This document shows positions 53,664 through 64,000 of a stretch of 64,000 nt of DNA, in pieces; within the stretch, counting starts at the first letter, position 1; each line of letters begins with the position of its first letter. This DNA is from Methanobacteriota archaeon (GTDB lineage Archaea > Thermoplasmatota > Poseidoniia > Poseidoniales > Poseidoniaceae), in the NCBI GenBank assembly GCA_002729095.1, contig PBWC01000045.1:108778-172777 (forward strand), written 5' to 3'. The notes below the pieces were generated by a model. The model saw only the letters and a program-made list of their open reading frames with translations. It was not told where the DNA came from and ran no database searches. Made by a program: the position numbers and the translations under genes.

Positions 53664-54962
53664 ATGCCAGTAGAAAATAGTCGTTTGAGTGGGTTTTTTC
53701 GTCATAGTGTAGCAGAAAGGCGTAATATTGTCAAGAATTTGGCCAATTTAACCGATGAACAAGTACAATCACTAGCCGCAAACGGGGAATTAGATGACCA
53801 TTCAGCAGATAGGATGATTGAAAACGTAATCGGCACAATGTCACTACCTGTCGGTATCGCAACTAATTTTGTAATCGATGGACAGCATTACCTTATTCCA
53901 TTTTGCTTAGAAGAGTCTAGTGTAGTAGCTGCTGCCTCAAACATGGCCAAACGGTGTTTGAAAATGGGAGGATTTACTACTCAAAATGATGCTCCAATGA
54001 TGATCGGTCAATTACAAATTTTAGAATGCCAAGATATTGAAGCTTCACAATTAGCAATTCATCAAGCCAAAGATGAATTAATTGACCTATGTAATAGTTT
54101 ACCCTCTACTATGATTAAACTTGGAGGAGGTTGTAAAAGAATAGAAACGCGGATAGTAGAATCTCTTTCTGGACCTATGCTTATCTTACACATAATAGTG
54201 GACTGCAGAGACGCTATGGGCGCAAATGCAGTGAATACTATGGCTGAACTAATTGCACCAGAGGTAGAAAGGTTGACCTCCGGCAGAGTTCACTTGAAGA
54301 TATTATCCAACCTAGCCTCCCATAGATTAGCTCGGGTTGAGGCGACATTTACTCCTGAAGAGCTATCCAATGATGGGTCTAAAGAAAATGGAAATGAAAT
54401 AATAAAGAGGATAATTGAAGCACACCATTTTGCTCTGGCCGACCCATTTAGAGCCGTAACTCACAACAAGGGAGTAATGAATGCAATCAGCAGTGTTGCA
54501 GTGGCCTGTGGACAAGATTGGAGAGCTATTGAGGCAGGATGTCATTCTTGGGCGTCCCATTCAAATGGCAGATATTCATCTATGACTGAGTGGAAAATAA
54601 ATGATGAGGGGAATTTGGTTGGCAGTATTGAAACCCCAATGGCAGTAGGTATTGTTGGAGGCGCTTCAAAAGTTCACCCTGTTGCTAAAACAAATATTGC
54701 TATTCTTGGCGTAAAATCAGCCAGTGAACTAGCAGGAATCATTTGTTCAGCAGGATTAGCACAAAATCTCGGCGCTCTACGAGCCCTCGCCACTAATGGA
54801 ATACAAGCTGGGCACATGAAATTACACTCCAGGAACATGGCAGTTAGCGCTGGAGCAGTTGGCCAAGAAATAGAATTAGTAGCAACTAAACTTCAATCAT
54901 ATGTTGGACCTAAAACCCAAACTACTGTTCAAAAAATTCTAGAAGAGATAAGGAAGAAATAA
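53664..54962 (+). CDS. hmgA: hydroxymethylglutaryl-CoA reductase, class II
   Basis: MIENVIG, EESSVVAAAS, DAMGAN, THNKG, GIQAGHMKLH; GAGGAG SD. Confidence 0.93.
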   Translation: MPVENSRLSGFFRHSVAERRNIVKNLANLTDEQVQSLAANGELDDHSADRMIENVIGTMSLPVGIATNFVIDGQHYLIPFCLEESSVVAAASNMAKRCLKMGGFTTQNDAPMMIGQLQILECQDIEASQLAIHQAKDELIDLCNSLPSTMIKLGGGCKRIETRIVESLSGPMLILHIIVDCRDAMGANAVNTMAELIAPEVERLTSGRVHLKILSNLASHRLARVEATFTPEELSNDGSKENGNEIIKRIIEAHHFALADPFRAVTHNKGVMNAISSVAVACGQDWRAIEAGCHSWASHSNGRYSSMTEWKINDEGNLVGSIETPMAVGIVGGASKVHPVAKTNIAILGVKSASELAGIICSAGLAQNLGALRALATNGIQAGHMKLHSRNMAVSAGAVGQEIELVATKLQSYVGPKTQTTVQKILEEIRKK

Positions 54963-55568
54963 TCACTCTTCTTCGAAATTGAGCTTCGATTGAATCGAAC
55001 CTTGAGATTGCCCCTCTTCTTTTAGAACTTCTTTTCCAACCAATCCATCCAGCAAACCCGTGTTCTGAACTTGTTCTCTAAACCATTCCCTAACCTTTTT
55101 CCTATCTGTATATGGGCATCCAAATGATTCTGAGAACCTTCTAGTCGTTGTAAGTCGCCTAGTATTACCATCTCTTCGACGATCTATCATACCATATTGT
55201 GCAAGTTCTCGAACATAATCATATGCTTTTTGGCCCAGTAATTCAATCAACCTTGATTGAGCCATAGGTTGGTGGTAAGCAATCAATGAAGCAGCTTTGA
55301 GCAATTTCTTGGGAAGTTCTGTTTTTGCTTCTTTAGGGAGGTGTTCGGCAATATCTGGCTTTACCTCAATCGCCCATCTATCTCCTACCTCGGCGATTTG
55401 TAAAGCTCCTCCCCTTCTTCTCTTGAGAGTTGAACGTAACGAGTATAGTGAATCTAACATTTCATCTTCATCATAACCCAATGATTCACTTAACTCAGAT
55501 ACTGTCATTGATTTTCCCGCACCAAATAAAGTCGCTTCTAATAGTGTATCTAGTTGTACCTCTGTCAT
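54963..55568 (-). CDS. scpB: SMC-Scp complex subunit ScpB
   Basis: LEATLF, LIAYHQP, TT..F...FG; follows scpA. Confidence 0.9.
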   Translation of the reverse strand: MTEVQLDTLLEATLFGAGKSMTVSELSESLGYDEDEMLDSLYSLRSTLKRRRGGALQIAEVGDRWAIEVKPDIAEHLPKEAKTELPKKLLKAASLIAYHQPMAQSRLIELLGQKAYDYVRELAQYGMIDRRRDGNTRRLTTTRRFSESFGCPYTDRKKVREWFREQVQNTGLLDGLVGKEVLKEEGQSQGSIQSKLNFEEE

Positions 55569-55580
55569 GTAAACACCTAC

Positions 55581-56804
55581 TCACTCGACTAACCATTCAT
55601 GTTTTTCTAAATCATCACCGTTATCTGAAATCTCTACTTCAACGACTTCTAACTCTAATTTGGACTCTACTTCAGACTCGTGAGATTGCAAATCATCTCT
55701 TGCTTTTCTTTCAGCCTCTTCGATAAGTTTCATTTTTTCAGCTCTCTTTTTTGCAAATTGTACTGAGCCGGAGTCTTCAGAGTCTAATTCATTTCTAGAT
55801 TTCTCATCTAATTCTTCTATTGCTTCTTGAACTTCTTGGAAGTCATCTAAATTCGGCCATAGATCTTCCAAGTAAATTTCACCATCTGGAACCACGTCTT
55901 GACTTATGGATGCAAAACCTCGGTGAGTTAAGAATAAACCTGCTATAAATGATGTAACTTTTGCTTCATCTTGATATCCTTCAGGTACTGCACCATATAA
56001 TTCTTCAAGTATGTCCCTGAGATGATTCATGACCAATTCTACTGGAACCTTGGTGCTATTTCGTTCAACACATGATCTTCTTAATGCCGTCCAACACCTT
56101 CCAATATCACCTTCTAAGTCTTCATTATGCATTCTACTGCCAATATTTTGTAAGTAATCTTGGAGTTCTTCCTGGTGTGCGATTCTATTTTCTTCTCTAA
56201 GTCTTAATTCCTCAGCATCGTCTGCGGCGTCTTTGAATGCCGAAAGCAATTCTCCCAAAGTAACTGGTCTTCCTTCATCACGCCTAACCCTTTCTCCAAA
56301 CAATGATGGAAGTAATTCATCAGCATCTCCTTGAAGAATTGAATTGGTAAACATAAACGCTTCATCGTCATAATCGGCCTCCCAACCAAAATCAAACCCT
56401 TCATCCCATTCCTCTTCGTCTTCATCCCTTTGAACTCTATCAAAAAGGTCTACAGCTTGGTGATGAAGTACTTCCCATGATAATCGAATTAGGCGACCAC
56501 AAGCAGGTAGGTCAAGATTTTTTGAATTATTTTTAACTCTCTGAGTGAAGAACTTAAGAAATTTAGAAAGATCGATATTCCAAGCATCGAGCCCTTCTTC
56601 TCTTACCAATGACAAAACCAGTGCTACTGAACGATCGAATGGATCGGTTAATGATTGAAATTCTGCCTCTTCGGTTTCTGCAATTGAAAGAATCCTGTCT
56701 CCAAATAATTGTGCTTCTTCGTCCTCCTCTCCGGATTCGAGAAGTTGATTTATGACATCTTGTCTAAGAAACCACTTGTCCAATACAGCTTGTTGTTCAG
56801 CCAA
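55581..56804 (-). CDS. scpA: segregation/condensation protein ScpA (kleisin)
   Basis: LDAWNIDL, RPVTLGELL, C-terminal FIAGLFL...SQ..PDGEIY; located between smc and scpB. Confidence 0.85.
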   Translation of the reverse strand: MAEQQAVLDKWFLRQDVINQLLESGEEDEEAQLFGDRILSIAETEEAEFQSLTDPFDRSVALVLSLVREEGLDAWNIDLSKFLKFFTQRVKNNSKNLDLPACGRLIRLSWEVLHHQAVDLFDRVQRDEDEEEWDEGFDFGWEADYDDEAFMFTNSILQGDADELLPSLFGERVRRDEGRPVTLGELLSAFKDAADDAEELRLREENRIAHQEELQDYLQNIGSRMHNEDLEGDIGRCWTALRRSCVERNSTKVPVELVMNHLRDILEELYGAVPEGYQDEAKVTSFIAGLFLTHRGFASISQDVVPDGEIYLEDLWPNLDDFQEVQEAIEELDEKSRNELDSEDSGSVQFAKKRAEKMKLIEEAERKARDDLQSHESEVESKLELEVVEVEISDNGDDLEKHEWLVE

Positions 56805-56813
56805 GTTATCACC

Positions 56814-59800
56814 TCAGTTTTCCTCTTCTGATTCAATTAATTCCTCTTCAAGTGTTTCTGTAACCTCTTGTTGAGATATTGATTGCCTTAATTCTTGCAT
56901 TTCTTCAATATCCTCAGTAACTTCAGCAGTTCGCTCTCCAAGCCCAGCCATGGATGTATCGTCCTGTGAATCGTTGATATGATTAAGCAGGCCTCCTAAA
57001 CTACTTGGAGGGGGTAATGGTTCGGGGACTTCAGGCATTTCAAATTCTACTTTTTCAACCTCATCTCTTCTCAATGCATTCATGCTAGCGATTTTCTCAG
57101 CTTCTTTTTCTGCTTCAGCGCCTAGTTTTATAGCGCGTTCTCGGTCGAAATCAACTATTCTACGGCTACAACCATCGCCTCCGTGAGTTATACCAATATG
57201 ATGATCAGCAAGCCTCAATGAAACTTTTCTAAGCGTAACCATGATAAATTGTGCTTTCTTACTTCTTTGCCTGCACATTTCAGCGATTCTCTCTGCATTG
57301 GTTCCATCTAAATTCTGATCAACTTCATCGAAGTAATAGAATGGACTTGGATCATAATCTTGAATAGCAAAAATAAGGGCTAAAGCGGCCATAGATTGTT
57401 CGCCGCCAGAGAGTTGAAGTCGACTAACCTTTGATGATTTACCCTTGGGCTTGGCCCATAATTCTAGACCGCCCTTAAACGGATCTTCTGGGTTCTCTAA
57501 ATACAACTCTCCTTTACCACCATCACTTAGAACATTATATGAAATCTTGAAATTTTCATTAACTTGGTCTAGTACCTTTACCAGTCTGTCCTTCCTCTGA
57601 GATTCTAATTTTTCAGTTACATCGATTAATGAAGTTCTTCTCTTTTGTAAAATCTTGAAATCTTCTTTCATATCATTAAGACGCGCTTCGCAACTCTCGA
57701 ATTGCTCTATTGCAAGCATGTTTACTGGCCCGTAGGCCTCCATTCTTCGTTCTAATGAACGCACTTTCTTCTCTGATTCTCCCACTGAGGGTAAATTAGT
57801 ACCGGAATCTGCAGGCTGTATCCCTGCAAGTTTCATTTCTTGCAGTAATTCAGCAAGCGCAGTTTCTTTAGATATTAATGAGCGACCTACCTCGTCACTC
57901 ATTCTTCTTCTAGATTGAGCATCTGTGGCCTTTTGTGTCAGAGAGGTCCTTAAGCTACCCCTTTCATCAACCAACTCTAGTCTTTCGTCTTCTAAGCCCT
58001 TATTCTCTTCTAAGAATTCATTGAGTTCTTCTTGTTTCTCTTTCAATTCTATAGAATCGGTTTCTACGGCTGATTTTAATTCTCCAATCAAGGTTTTATC
58101 GGTTGAAATAGACGTATTAATTGAATCTATTCTAGTTTGGGTATCAGAAACCCTTTGGGAAAGTAATTCTCTATGGCTACTTCCACTTTCAAGAGCAGTT
58201 TCGGCTTTTGACTTTAACCCTTCAGCATCTAATCGCTTCATCTGAGCCGAATGCATCCGGTCCTTGAGATGACTTGGACTTGCCAATTCTACGGCCTCTC
58301 TCGCTGATTCGCAATTCGCTTCCATAATCTCGACTTGATTTTGCGAATTATCTAAATCCTCAATATTTGAACGCGCAAGGGATTCTAATTCACTAAGCTT
58401 CTTTTCGATTTCCGCAACTGCGCCCAAAGATTTGTTATGATTGGTTTTGGCTTGCTTCATTTCAGCGCGCCATTCCTGTAATTTGACTGCATCTTCTCCA
58501 TCAGAAAGTTGGTTTATATCTGCCCTGATTAGTTGCTGTTGCCTTCTTGCTTCAATAAGTGCGGCAGAAACCGTATCCGACATTAAGCGTAATTTCTCTA
58601 CCTCTCCAGTCAGTTTCTCTACTTCTGAGGCACCTTTAATTCGGCCACCAAAGGATACTGAAATCTTTCTCTTAGAACCACCAATCATTGCCCCACCGGC
58701 TTCTGTGACATCTCCTCGTAGGGTAACTAGTCTAATCCCACCCATATGAGCTCTAGCGGTTGACATGGAATCCACAATCAAGGTGTTTCTAAGAACAAAT
58801 CTGATCGCAATGTCGATCTTAGGATCATAGTCTAGAAGTTCATGGGCTAATCCAATCACACCAGGCTTTTTCGAAACCATAAGTGCCTTACCTGCCGCCC
58901 TCGTATTAGTCAATTTGTTCAGTGGAAGGAAAGTGGCTCTTCCTGCTCTGTTTTCAGCCAACCACCTTATCGCTTGAGCCGCATCTTCATCGCTTTCAAC
59001 AACTAATGATGTCATGCCTCCTCCTATTGCAGTAGCAAGTGCTGATTCGTGTGAATCATCGATTGGAGCGCATAATTCAGCTATTGAACCAATGATTCCT
59101 TTCAATTCGCCTCTATCTCTTGCAGAAATCACTGCTGCTGCGCCACCTGCCATGCCCTTTGAACCACTAGAATTCTCCATCTCAGCTCTGGTTCTCTCTA
59201 ACTTTCTTTCAGTCTCGCGCAGTTTGGTTTCTACGATTTGAGATTCTTCGACCAATTTTTGTTCAGCATTTTGCGCATCGATTAATTGCTTTGATAATTT
59301 ATTTCTATCCATTTCGGGAGAATTGCCTGATAATTCTTGGCCTTTCAGTTCTAATTCACCCAATGACAATCTAGATTCTTCTAATTCATTTTGAGCCTGA
59401 GAAAGTTGTTCAGAAATTATTTCAGCCTGTGCTGCTGTTCTATCAACTTCGCTTTGAGCCTCAGCAAGTTTATTCTTAGCGTCATCTAACTGCTTCAATG
59501 CCTTAGACAAATTTCTAGATAATTCAGCACTCTCATCATTTGAAGATTCCATTATTTTTGTAATCTCTTGTTCTTCTAATTGAGCTTCCTTCAATGCTTC
59601 ATTAGCATCTAGTAAGTCTTGTTTTGCAGAATCAAGAGAATTTGAAAACTCTTGTTCTGCAGAAGATGCTTCATCGAGTTGAGTAATTAAAATTTCTAAT
59701 TCTGCTTGATTATCTGAAATTTTTGAGGTGATATCTCCGATTTTATCCTTGTTACCATCAATTTTTAGGTGAAGGTCGAAAATTTGCTTGTTAAGTCCAT

Positions 59801-60710
59801 TGGAATCTCCACCCATCAATTCTTCAATTTGCTTTTGTAATACACCGATTCTATCTTCTAATGCGATTAGAGATTTAGCGCCCTCCTTGACCTCAGCATC
59901 TAGTTCATTAGCTTCTTCTAAATATCGACTTTGTTCGCTTAGTTGGTATTCTTTTTCAGCAAGTTGACTTGCATAATTAGACTGGTATGCTGTTGTTCTA
60001 GCCTGATTTAATTCATCGGCTAAATCTTTGGCTTTTACTGCGATGTCTTTCTCTTTCCTTAGTTCTTTGAGACGAGCTTTTTGTTCTTCTTCAAGAAGTC
60101 CGATTCTCTCGATATAGGCTTCAACATTCTCTTTTTGTTTGTCAGCTTTCCTGATTTCTTCATCATATGAAGTAACACCAGCAACGCTATCAAGGACTTT
60201 TCTTCTTTCCTTAGAAGTCATCTTAGCCAAACTCGTTACATCACCTTGTAAAACGATATTATATCCATCTGGCCTTGCATTTGCAGCACCTAAAATTCTG
60301 TGGAAGGACTTTTGACTACTCTCTTCGCCGTCTAGCAGATATTGTGTAACAACGTTATTCGATTTTGTTAGACGTATCTTCCTTGTCATTCTAACTTCAT
60401 CTGAATCAATAGGTAGCCTTCTCCTATTGCTGGATAAAACTGGATTTGCGAAGATTAAGGTGACCTCACAAGATCTTGCAGGCTTAGAGTTTTTACCTCC
60501 ATTGAATATTAGATCCTTCGAATTTTGAGCCCTAATCGTCTTATTTGAACGTGGACCTAGTACGAATTGAATTGCGTCTCCGCAATTGGATTTGCCTGAT
60601 CCATTAGGCCCAGTTATTGCTGTAAATCCTCTATCCAAGGGAATTGTTACCTCGCCTTTAAATGATTTAAAATTTGAAATTTCAATTGCTTTCAGATACA
60701 TTCCCATCAC
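56814..60710 (-). CDS. smc: chromosome segregation protein SMC
   Basis: NFKSF, GPNGSGKSN, hinge GRATFLPL, signature LSGGE, Walker B FDEVD, long coiled coils. Confidence 0.97.
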   Translation of the reverse strand: MMGMYLKAIEISNFKSFKGEVTIPLDRGFTAITGPNGSGKSNCGDAIQFVLGPRSNKTIRAQNSKDLIFNGGKNSKPARSCEVTLIFANPVLSSNRRRLPIDSDEVRMTRKIRLTKSNNVVTQYLLDGEESSQKSFHRILGAANARPDGYNIVLQGDVTSLAKMTSKERRKVLDSVAGVTSYDEEIRKADKQKENVEAYIERIGLLEEEQKARLKELRKEKDIAVKAKDLADELNQARTTAYQSNYASQLAEKEYQLSEQSRYLEEANELDAEVKEGAKSLIALEDRIGVLQKQIEELMGGDSNGLNKQIFDLHLKIDGNKDKIGDITSKISDNQAELEILITQLDEASSAEQEFSNSLDSAKQDLLDANEALKEAQLEEQEITKIMESSNDESAELSRNLSKALKQLDDAKNKLAEAQSEVDRTAAQAEIISEQLSQAQNELEESRLSLGELELKGQELSGNSPEMDRNKLSKQLIDAQNAEQKLVEESQIVETKLRETERKLERTRAEMENSSGSKGMAGGAAAVISARDRGELKGIIGSIAELCAPIDDSHESALATAIGGGMTSLVVESDEDAAQAIRWLAENRAGRATFLPLNKLTNTRAAGKALMVSKKPGVIGLAHELLDYDPKIDIAIRFVLRNTLIVDSMSTARAHMGGIRLVTLRGDVTEAGGAMIGGSKRKISVSFGGRIKGASEVEKLTGEVEKLRLMSDTVSAALIEARRQQQLIRADINQLSDGEDAVKLQEWRAEMKQAKTNHNKSLGAVAEIEKKLSELESLARSNIEDLDNSQNQVEIMEANCESAREAVELASPSHLKDRMHSAQMKRLDAEGLKSKAETALESGSSHRELLSQRVSDTQTRIDSINTSISTDKTLIGELKSAVETDSIELKEKQEELNEFLEENKGLEDERLELVDERGSLRTSLTQKATDAQSRRRMSDEVGRSLISKETALAELLQEMKLAGIQPADSGTNLPSVGESEKKVRSLERRMEAYGPVNMLAIEQFESCEARLNDMKEDFKILQKRRTSLIDVTEKLESQRKDRLVKVLDQVNENFKISYNVLSDGGKGELYLENPEDPFKGGLELWAKPKGKSSKVSRLQLSGGEQSMAALALIFAIQDYDPSPFYYFDEVDQNLDGTNAERIAEMCRQRSKKAQFIMVTLRKVSLRLADHHIGITHGGDGCSRRIVDFDRERAIKLGAEAEKEAEKIASMNALRRDEVEKVEFEMPEVPEPLPPPSSLGGLLNHINDSQDDTSMAGLGERTAEVTEDIEEMQELRQSISQQEVTETLEEELIESEEEN

Positions 60711-60831
60711 TCATCCGGATAAAATCTCCGACCTTAACGGGCGCATCGGGAATCAAGGGGTATTAAACTATGCGAGAGATATAGCCTCAATGACCCGTTT
60801 TTTAGGGGTCAATTATTTTGCCGATGACCGC

Positions 60832-61614
60832 TTAGATTACACCTGTCCAGTCACATTTCTTACAACCGCCGCCTTTACAGTACGGACATGTAGCCTTTAC
60901 CTTGATGTTACTCTTGCTTCTAGACATTGAAAGTTTGGAATCTCTGTGCATCAATGGAGATCTCGCCACTCTTTTTTGCTTGCCTTCTAACTCAGAAAGA
61001 GGGTTTGCTGTAGTTCCAAATGTTGATCTGAACTTTTCAGCAACTTCCCTTCTTCCTTCGAGCCTTTTGTTAGTTTGATCAATTGCTTCAGCCTCCCAAT
61101 ATTTGGGTCCGCGCATCAAAAAGGCTCCAATTACTGCCAAACCAATTTGAACAAATAGCGGTGATACGTCAAAAGGAATCAAAGTAGCAATGCCTTCCGA
61201 ACCTACGGCAGTAGGTAATACACCGATCCTATCTAAAATTGCCAACCCGAAAAACGAACAACCCGTCACGAACATAATTTTTCTTATTCTAACTGCCCAT
61301 CTACCTTTTTGAGGCAACTTAAATCTCCCTACTAATAGAATAAACAATCCTTCACCAAGTAGAAGAAAATCTGCTCCATTCCACTCCCCAACAGGACCTA
61401 AACAAAAACTATCACTGCCCTGGGAAAGTTCAAGCTCAATTTCTGAAATTGCGCAATGAGGTTCTAACATCTTCATGACATCTAATTTAGCAGGACCTGC
61501 GCCATCGATAATTTCCGGAGCAATCAAACCAAATTGAACATTTACTACAACAAATGTAGTCATCAATATTCCAATTGCAGGAGCAATATAGCGTCTAATC
61601 ACGCCCATATACAT
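60832..61614 (-). CDS. membrane protein with C-terminal DnaJ-like Zn finger
   Basis: About four TM helices; C-terminal CPYCKGGGCKKCDWTG. Confidence 0.7.
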   Translation of the reverse strand: MYMGVIRRYIAPAIGILMTTFVVVNVQFGLIAPEIIDGAGPAKLDVMKMLEPHCAISEIELELSQGSDSFCLGPVGEWNGADFLLLGEGLFILLVGRFKLPQKGRWAVRIRKIMFVTGCSFFGLAILDRIGVLPTAVGSEGIATLIPFDVSPLFVQIGLAVIGAFLMRGPKYWEAEAIDQTNKRLEGRREVAEKFRSTFGTTANPLSELEGKQKRVARSPLMHRDSKLSMSRSKSNIKVKATCPYCKGGGCKKCDWTGVI

Positions 61615-61695
61615 GCGACTCTGTATTTACATGATAGTGATATCGCTTCAAAATACTCAAAAGAAGGCGTCTTCACCATTGTATTGAGGGGCATT

Positions 61696-63312
61696 ATGGC
61701 TCATGTAATTATTGTTGGTAGTGGCATTGCAGGTTTGTTTGCTGCACTGAAAATTGCCGATGCTGATAACTATGTCACCTTAATCACAAAACAGCGATTG
61801 AAGGATTCCTCCACTAACTGGGCACAAGGTGGAATCGCAGGGATTCTTGATAAAACCGACTTAGATGGTATCGAATCACACATCCAAGACACATTAAATT
61901 CCGGAGATGGAATGTGCGATGAAGATGTGGTAAATGATGTAATTAGAAGTGCAAGTGAATGTATTCATGAACTATTAAAAATTGGAGTTAGATTTGAAAA
62001 AAATGAATCTGGTGACTTTAGTTTAGCAAAAGAAGGGGGGCATTCATCTAGGAGAATTTTTCATTCTAAAGATGCAACTGGTAAAGAAATTGAAAGAGCT
62101 CTAAGTGAAGCAGCTAAAAATCATGTCAATATAACTTTGAGGCCAAACATGCTTGCAGTAGACTTAATTCAGTGTGAGCATGGAAAACCAAGCGCCGGAA
62201 TTGCGGGGATTTGGTGCCTAAACCAAGAAACCGATAAAGTTGAGACGTTTGCTGCAGATTCAGTAATTCTGGCTACTGGAGGAGTAGGTCAGTTATGGAG
62301 TCAAACAACCAATCCAAGTGTTGCTACTGGCGACGGACTAGCTATGGCATGGAGAGCAGGTGCAATGGTTAGAGATTTGGCATTCATTCAATTTCACCCA
62401 ACTGCTCTAAGTCTTTCTTCCGATAGGCCTTTTCTAATTACTGAGGCGTTGAGAGGCGAAGGTGGAGTCATCCTAGATTATGAGGGATTACAGAAATGGA
62501 AAAATGATTGTAGAGATAAATTGGCAAAAAATTTGGAAATCCCTTCACCAGATAATTACTCATTCATATTAGAATTTTCCCCACTTGGCTCAATGGCAAC
62601 TAGAGACATAGTTGCCAGATCTATAGATATTAATCTCAAAAAATCAGGCCGTAATAATGTCTATCTAGTCACCTCTCATTTAGATAGTCAGTTTCTTCAA
62701 AAGCAATTCCCCAATATCCAATCTAGACTAGATAGGCATAACTTAAAACTCGGGATTGATGATTTGCCAGTATCCCCTGCTGCACACTATGTCGTGGGTG
62801 GAATAGATGTCGATAACTATGGTAGACCAAAACTAAGAGACAATGGTGAGGTGTTCCCTCGATTATACGCAATTGGGGAAGTTGCATGTACTGGAATGCA
62901 TGGCGCAAATAGATTAGCTTCAAACAGTTTATTAGAAGCAGTTGTGTATGCTGATAAAGCATCTAACCACATTATCAAAAATATTTGCAAAATAGATGAC
63001 ATAGATATCCCTCACTGGAGAGAAGAAGGTCTAGACTCACTTGTAGAGCATGCTCCAATTGTCAATGACTTGATGTTGCTTCGTTCTACTATGTCTAAAG
63101 AAGTAGGAGTTGTCAGAAGATTTCAAAGACTTGAAAGAGCGGCTAGAAGACTGGAATTATTGGGCCAAGAGATTGACTTAATTTGGAGAAATTCATTCGC
63201 GACCAGAGAGATTGTAGAGCTAAGGAATCTAATTTTAATTGGCCAGTTGGTAACCAATGATGCAATAAATAGAACCGAAAACAAAGGATTACACTATAAC
63301 TCAGACATTTGA
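61696..63312 (+). CDS. nadB: L-aspartate oxidase
   Basis: GSGIAG, WAQGGIA, EGGHS.RRI, QFHPT, LITEALRGEG, PAAHY..GG, HGANRLASNSLLE. Confidence 0.93.
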   Translation: MAHVIIVGSGIAGLFAALKIADADNYVTLITKQRLKDSSTNWAQGGIAGILDKTDLDGIESHIQDTLNSGDGMCDEDVVNDVIRSASECIHELLKIGVRFEKNESGDFSLAKEGGHSSRRIFHSKDATGKEIERALSEAAKNHVNITLRPNMLAVDLIQCEHGKPSAGIAGIWCLNQETDKVETFAADSVILATGGVGQLWSQTTNPSVATGDGLAMAWRAGAMVRDLAFIQFHPTALSLSSDRPFLITEALRGEGGVILDYEGLQKWKNDCRDKLAKNLEIPSPDNYSFILEFSPLGSMATRDIVARSIDINLKKSGRNNVYLVTSHLDSQFLQKQFPNIQSRLDRHNLKLGIDDLPVSPAAHYVVGGIDVDNYGRPKLRDNGEVFPRLYAIGEVACTGMHGANRLASNSLLEAVVYADKASNHIIKNICKIDDIDIPHWREEGLDSLVEHAPIVNDLMLLRSTMSKEVGVVRRFQRLERAARRLELLGQEIDLIWRNSFATREIVELRNLILIGQLVTNDAINRTENKGLHYNSDI

Positions 63313-64000
63313 TAAATTAATCGATTTAATTAACTCACTAAGAAGATGATTTTTAGGAGTCGATAGACCATATCTCTCACCACGCTGAACAATTGCAAGA
63401 TTAAGAAATTTGATTTCTGTATCTCTTCCTTTTTTGATATCTTGTAACATACTGCAATAATTATTCGATGTAGCCTCTATCACTTGAAATAACTTTGAGA
63501 TTAGTTCTTCATTTGTCGGTAATTTTACCCCCTCTTGCCTAGCAACATTTGCACCCTCGACCATGACTGAAGAACACAATTCGAATAATTCTGTCTGCAA
63601 TAAATTACCATTTTTACAACCAATCAAAGCGGCAATAGGGTTTATTGCGATGTTTATTAGAACTTTAGACCAAATCAAACTTTTTCCGTCTTCGACCCAT
63701 TGAGGGTTAAGATTGCAATTAGAAAGTAACTGTATCAACTCTTCAGCCTCATTTAAACCAGGACCGTCGGAAAATTTTCCTATTGAAATAACTCCTTTAC
63801 CGGCCCATTCAATAATTCCAGGCTCAGGCCTCCAAGCCCCATGAGAAATAGACGCTGAAAACACTCGTTGAGGGCCAAAAAATTCGATACATTTCTCTAC
63901 ATGCCCTAAACCATTACTAAGGCATAAAACTTTAGAATCTGCATGCAAAAGGTCTTTCGATTTATTGATCATACGTTCAACATCGTTTGCTTTAGAAGTA
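63301..64000 (-). CDS. panE: ketopantoate reductase (5' end lies outside the window)
   Basis: LSNGLG, WSKVLINIAINP, NYCSMLQDI..GR.TEI..LN; the frame stays open to the window edge. Confidence 0.85.
   Translation of the reverse strand, partial: TSKANDVERMINKSKDLLHADSKVLCLSNGLGHVEKCIEFFGPQRVFSASISHGAWRPEPGIIEWAGKGVISIGKFSDGPGLNEAEELIQLLSNCNLNPQWVEDGKSLIWSKVLINIAINPIAALIGCKNGNLLQTELFELCSSVMVEGANVARQEGVKLPTNEELISKLFQVIEATSNNYCSMLQDIKKGRDTEIKFLNLAIVQRGERYGLSTPKNHLLSELIKSINLSNV

Noticed and set aside
53664-54962. Class II HMG-CoA reductase as a novel transfer
   Set aside because: Already known in Thermoplasmatales and Archaeoglobus

Overview
This is a gene-dense, AT-rich, apparently core-chromosomal segment of an archaeon. 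Archaeal markers are Cdc6/Orc1, RPS6e, aIF-2 gamma, Dph2, Cgi121, Hel308, RPA and archaeal Hpt. It also carries DNA gyrase, a class II HMG-CoA reductase, and PKD, M28 and M61 peptidases. This combination points to Thermoplasmatota, most likely Marine Group II (Poseidoniales); that assignment is an inference from gene content. About 50 CDS are annotated from recognisable motifs. I saw no rRNA, tRNA, CRISPR array, integrase or transposase. The most notable observations are: (1) a phased direct and inverted TTAACG repeat array in an AT-rich spacer in front of a translationally coupled degenerate AAA+/wHTH, beta-propeller and DUF357 operon, near smc-scpA-scpB; (2) a minimal pilin-less TadA/TadB/TadC module downstream of two RPA genes and a small protein resembling phage Mu DNA-circularisation/tail proteins, converging on a triple-SAP-domain protein; (3) an EF-hand on the GyrA tail; (4) a GcvH homologue lacking the lipoyl lysine; (5) a bacterial-type class II CCA enzyme; (6) a membrane-anchored Smr domain; (7) a minimal SerK-like ParB-fold protein. 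All family calls were made by eye and no database searches were run.
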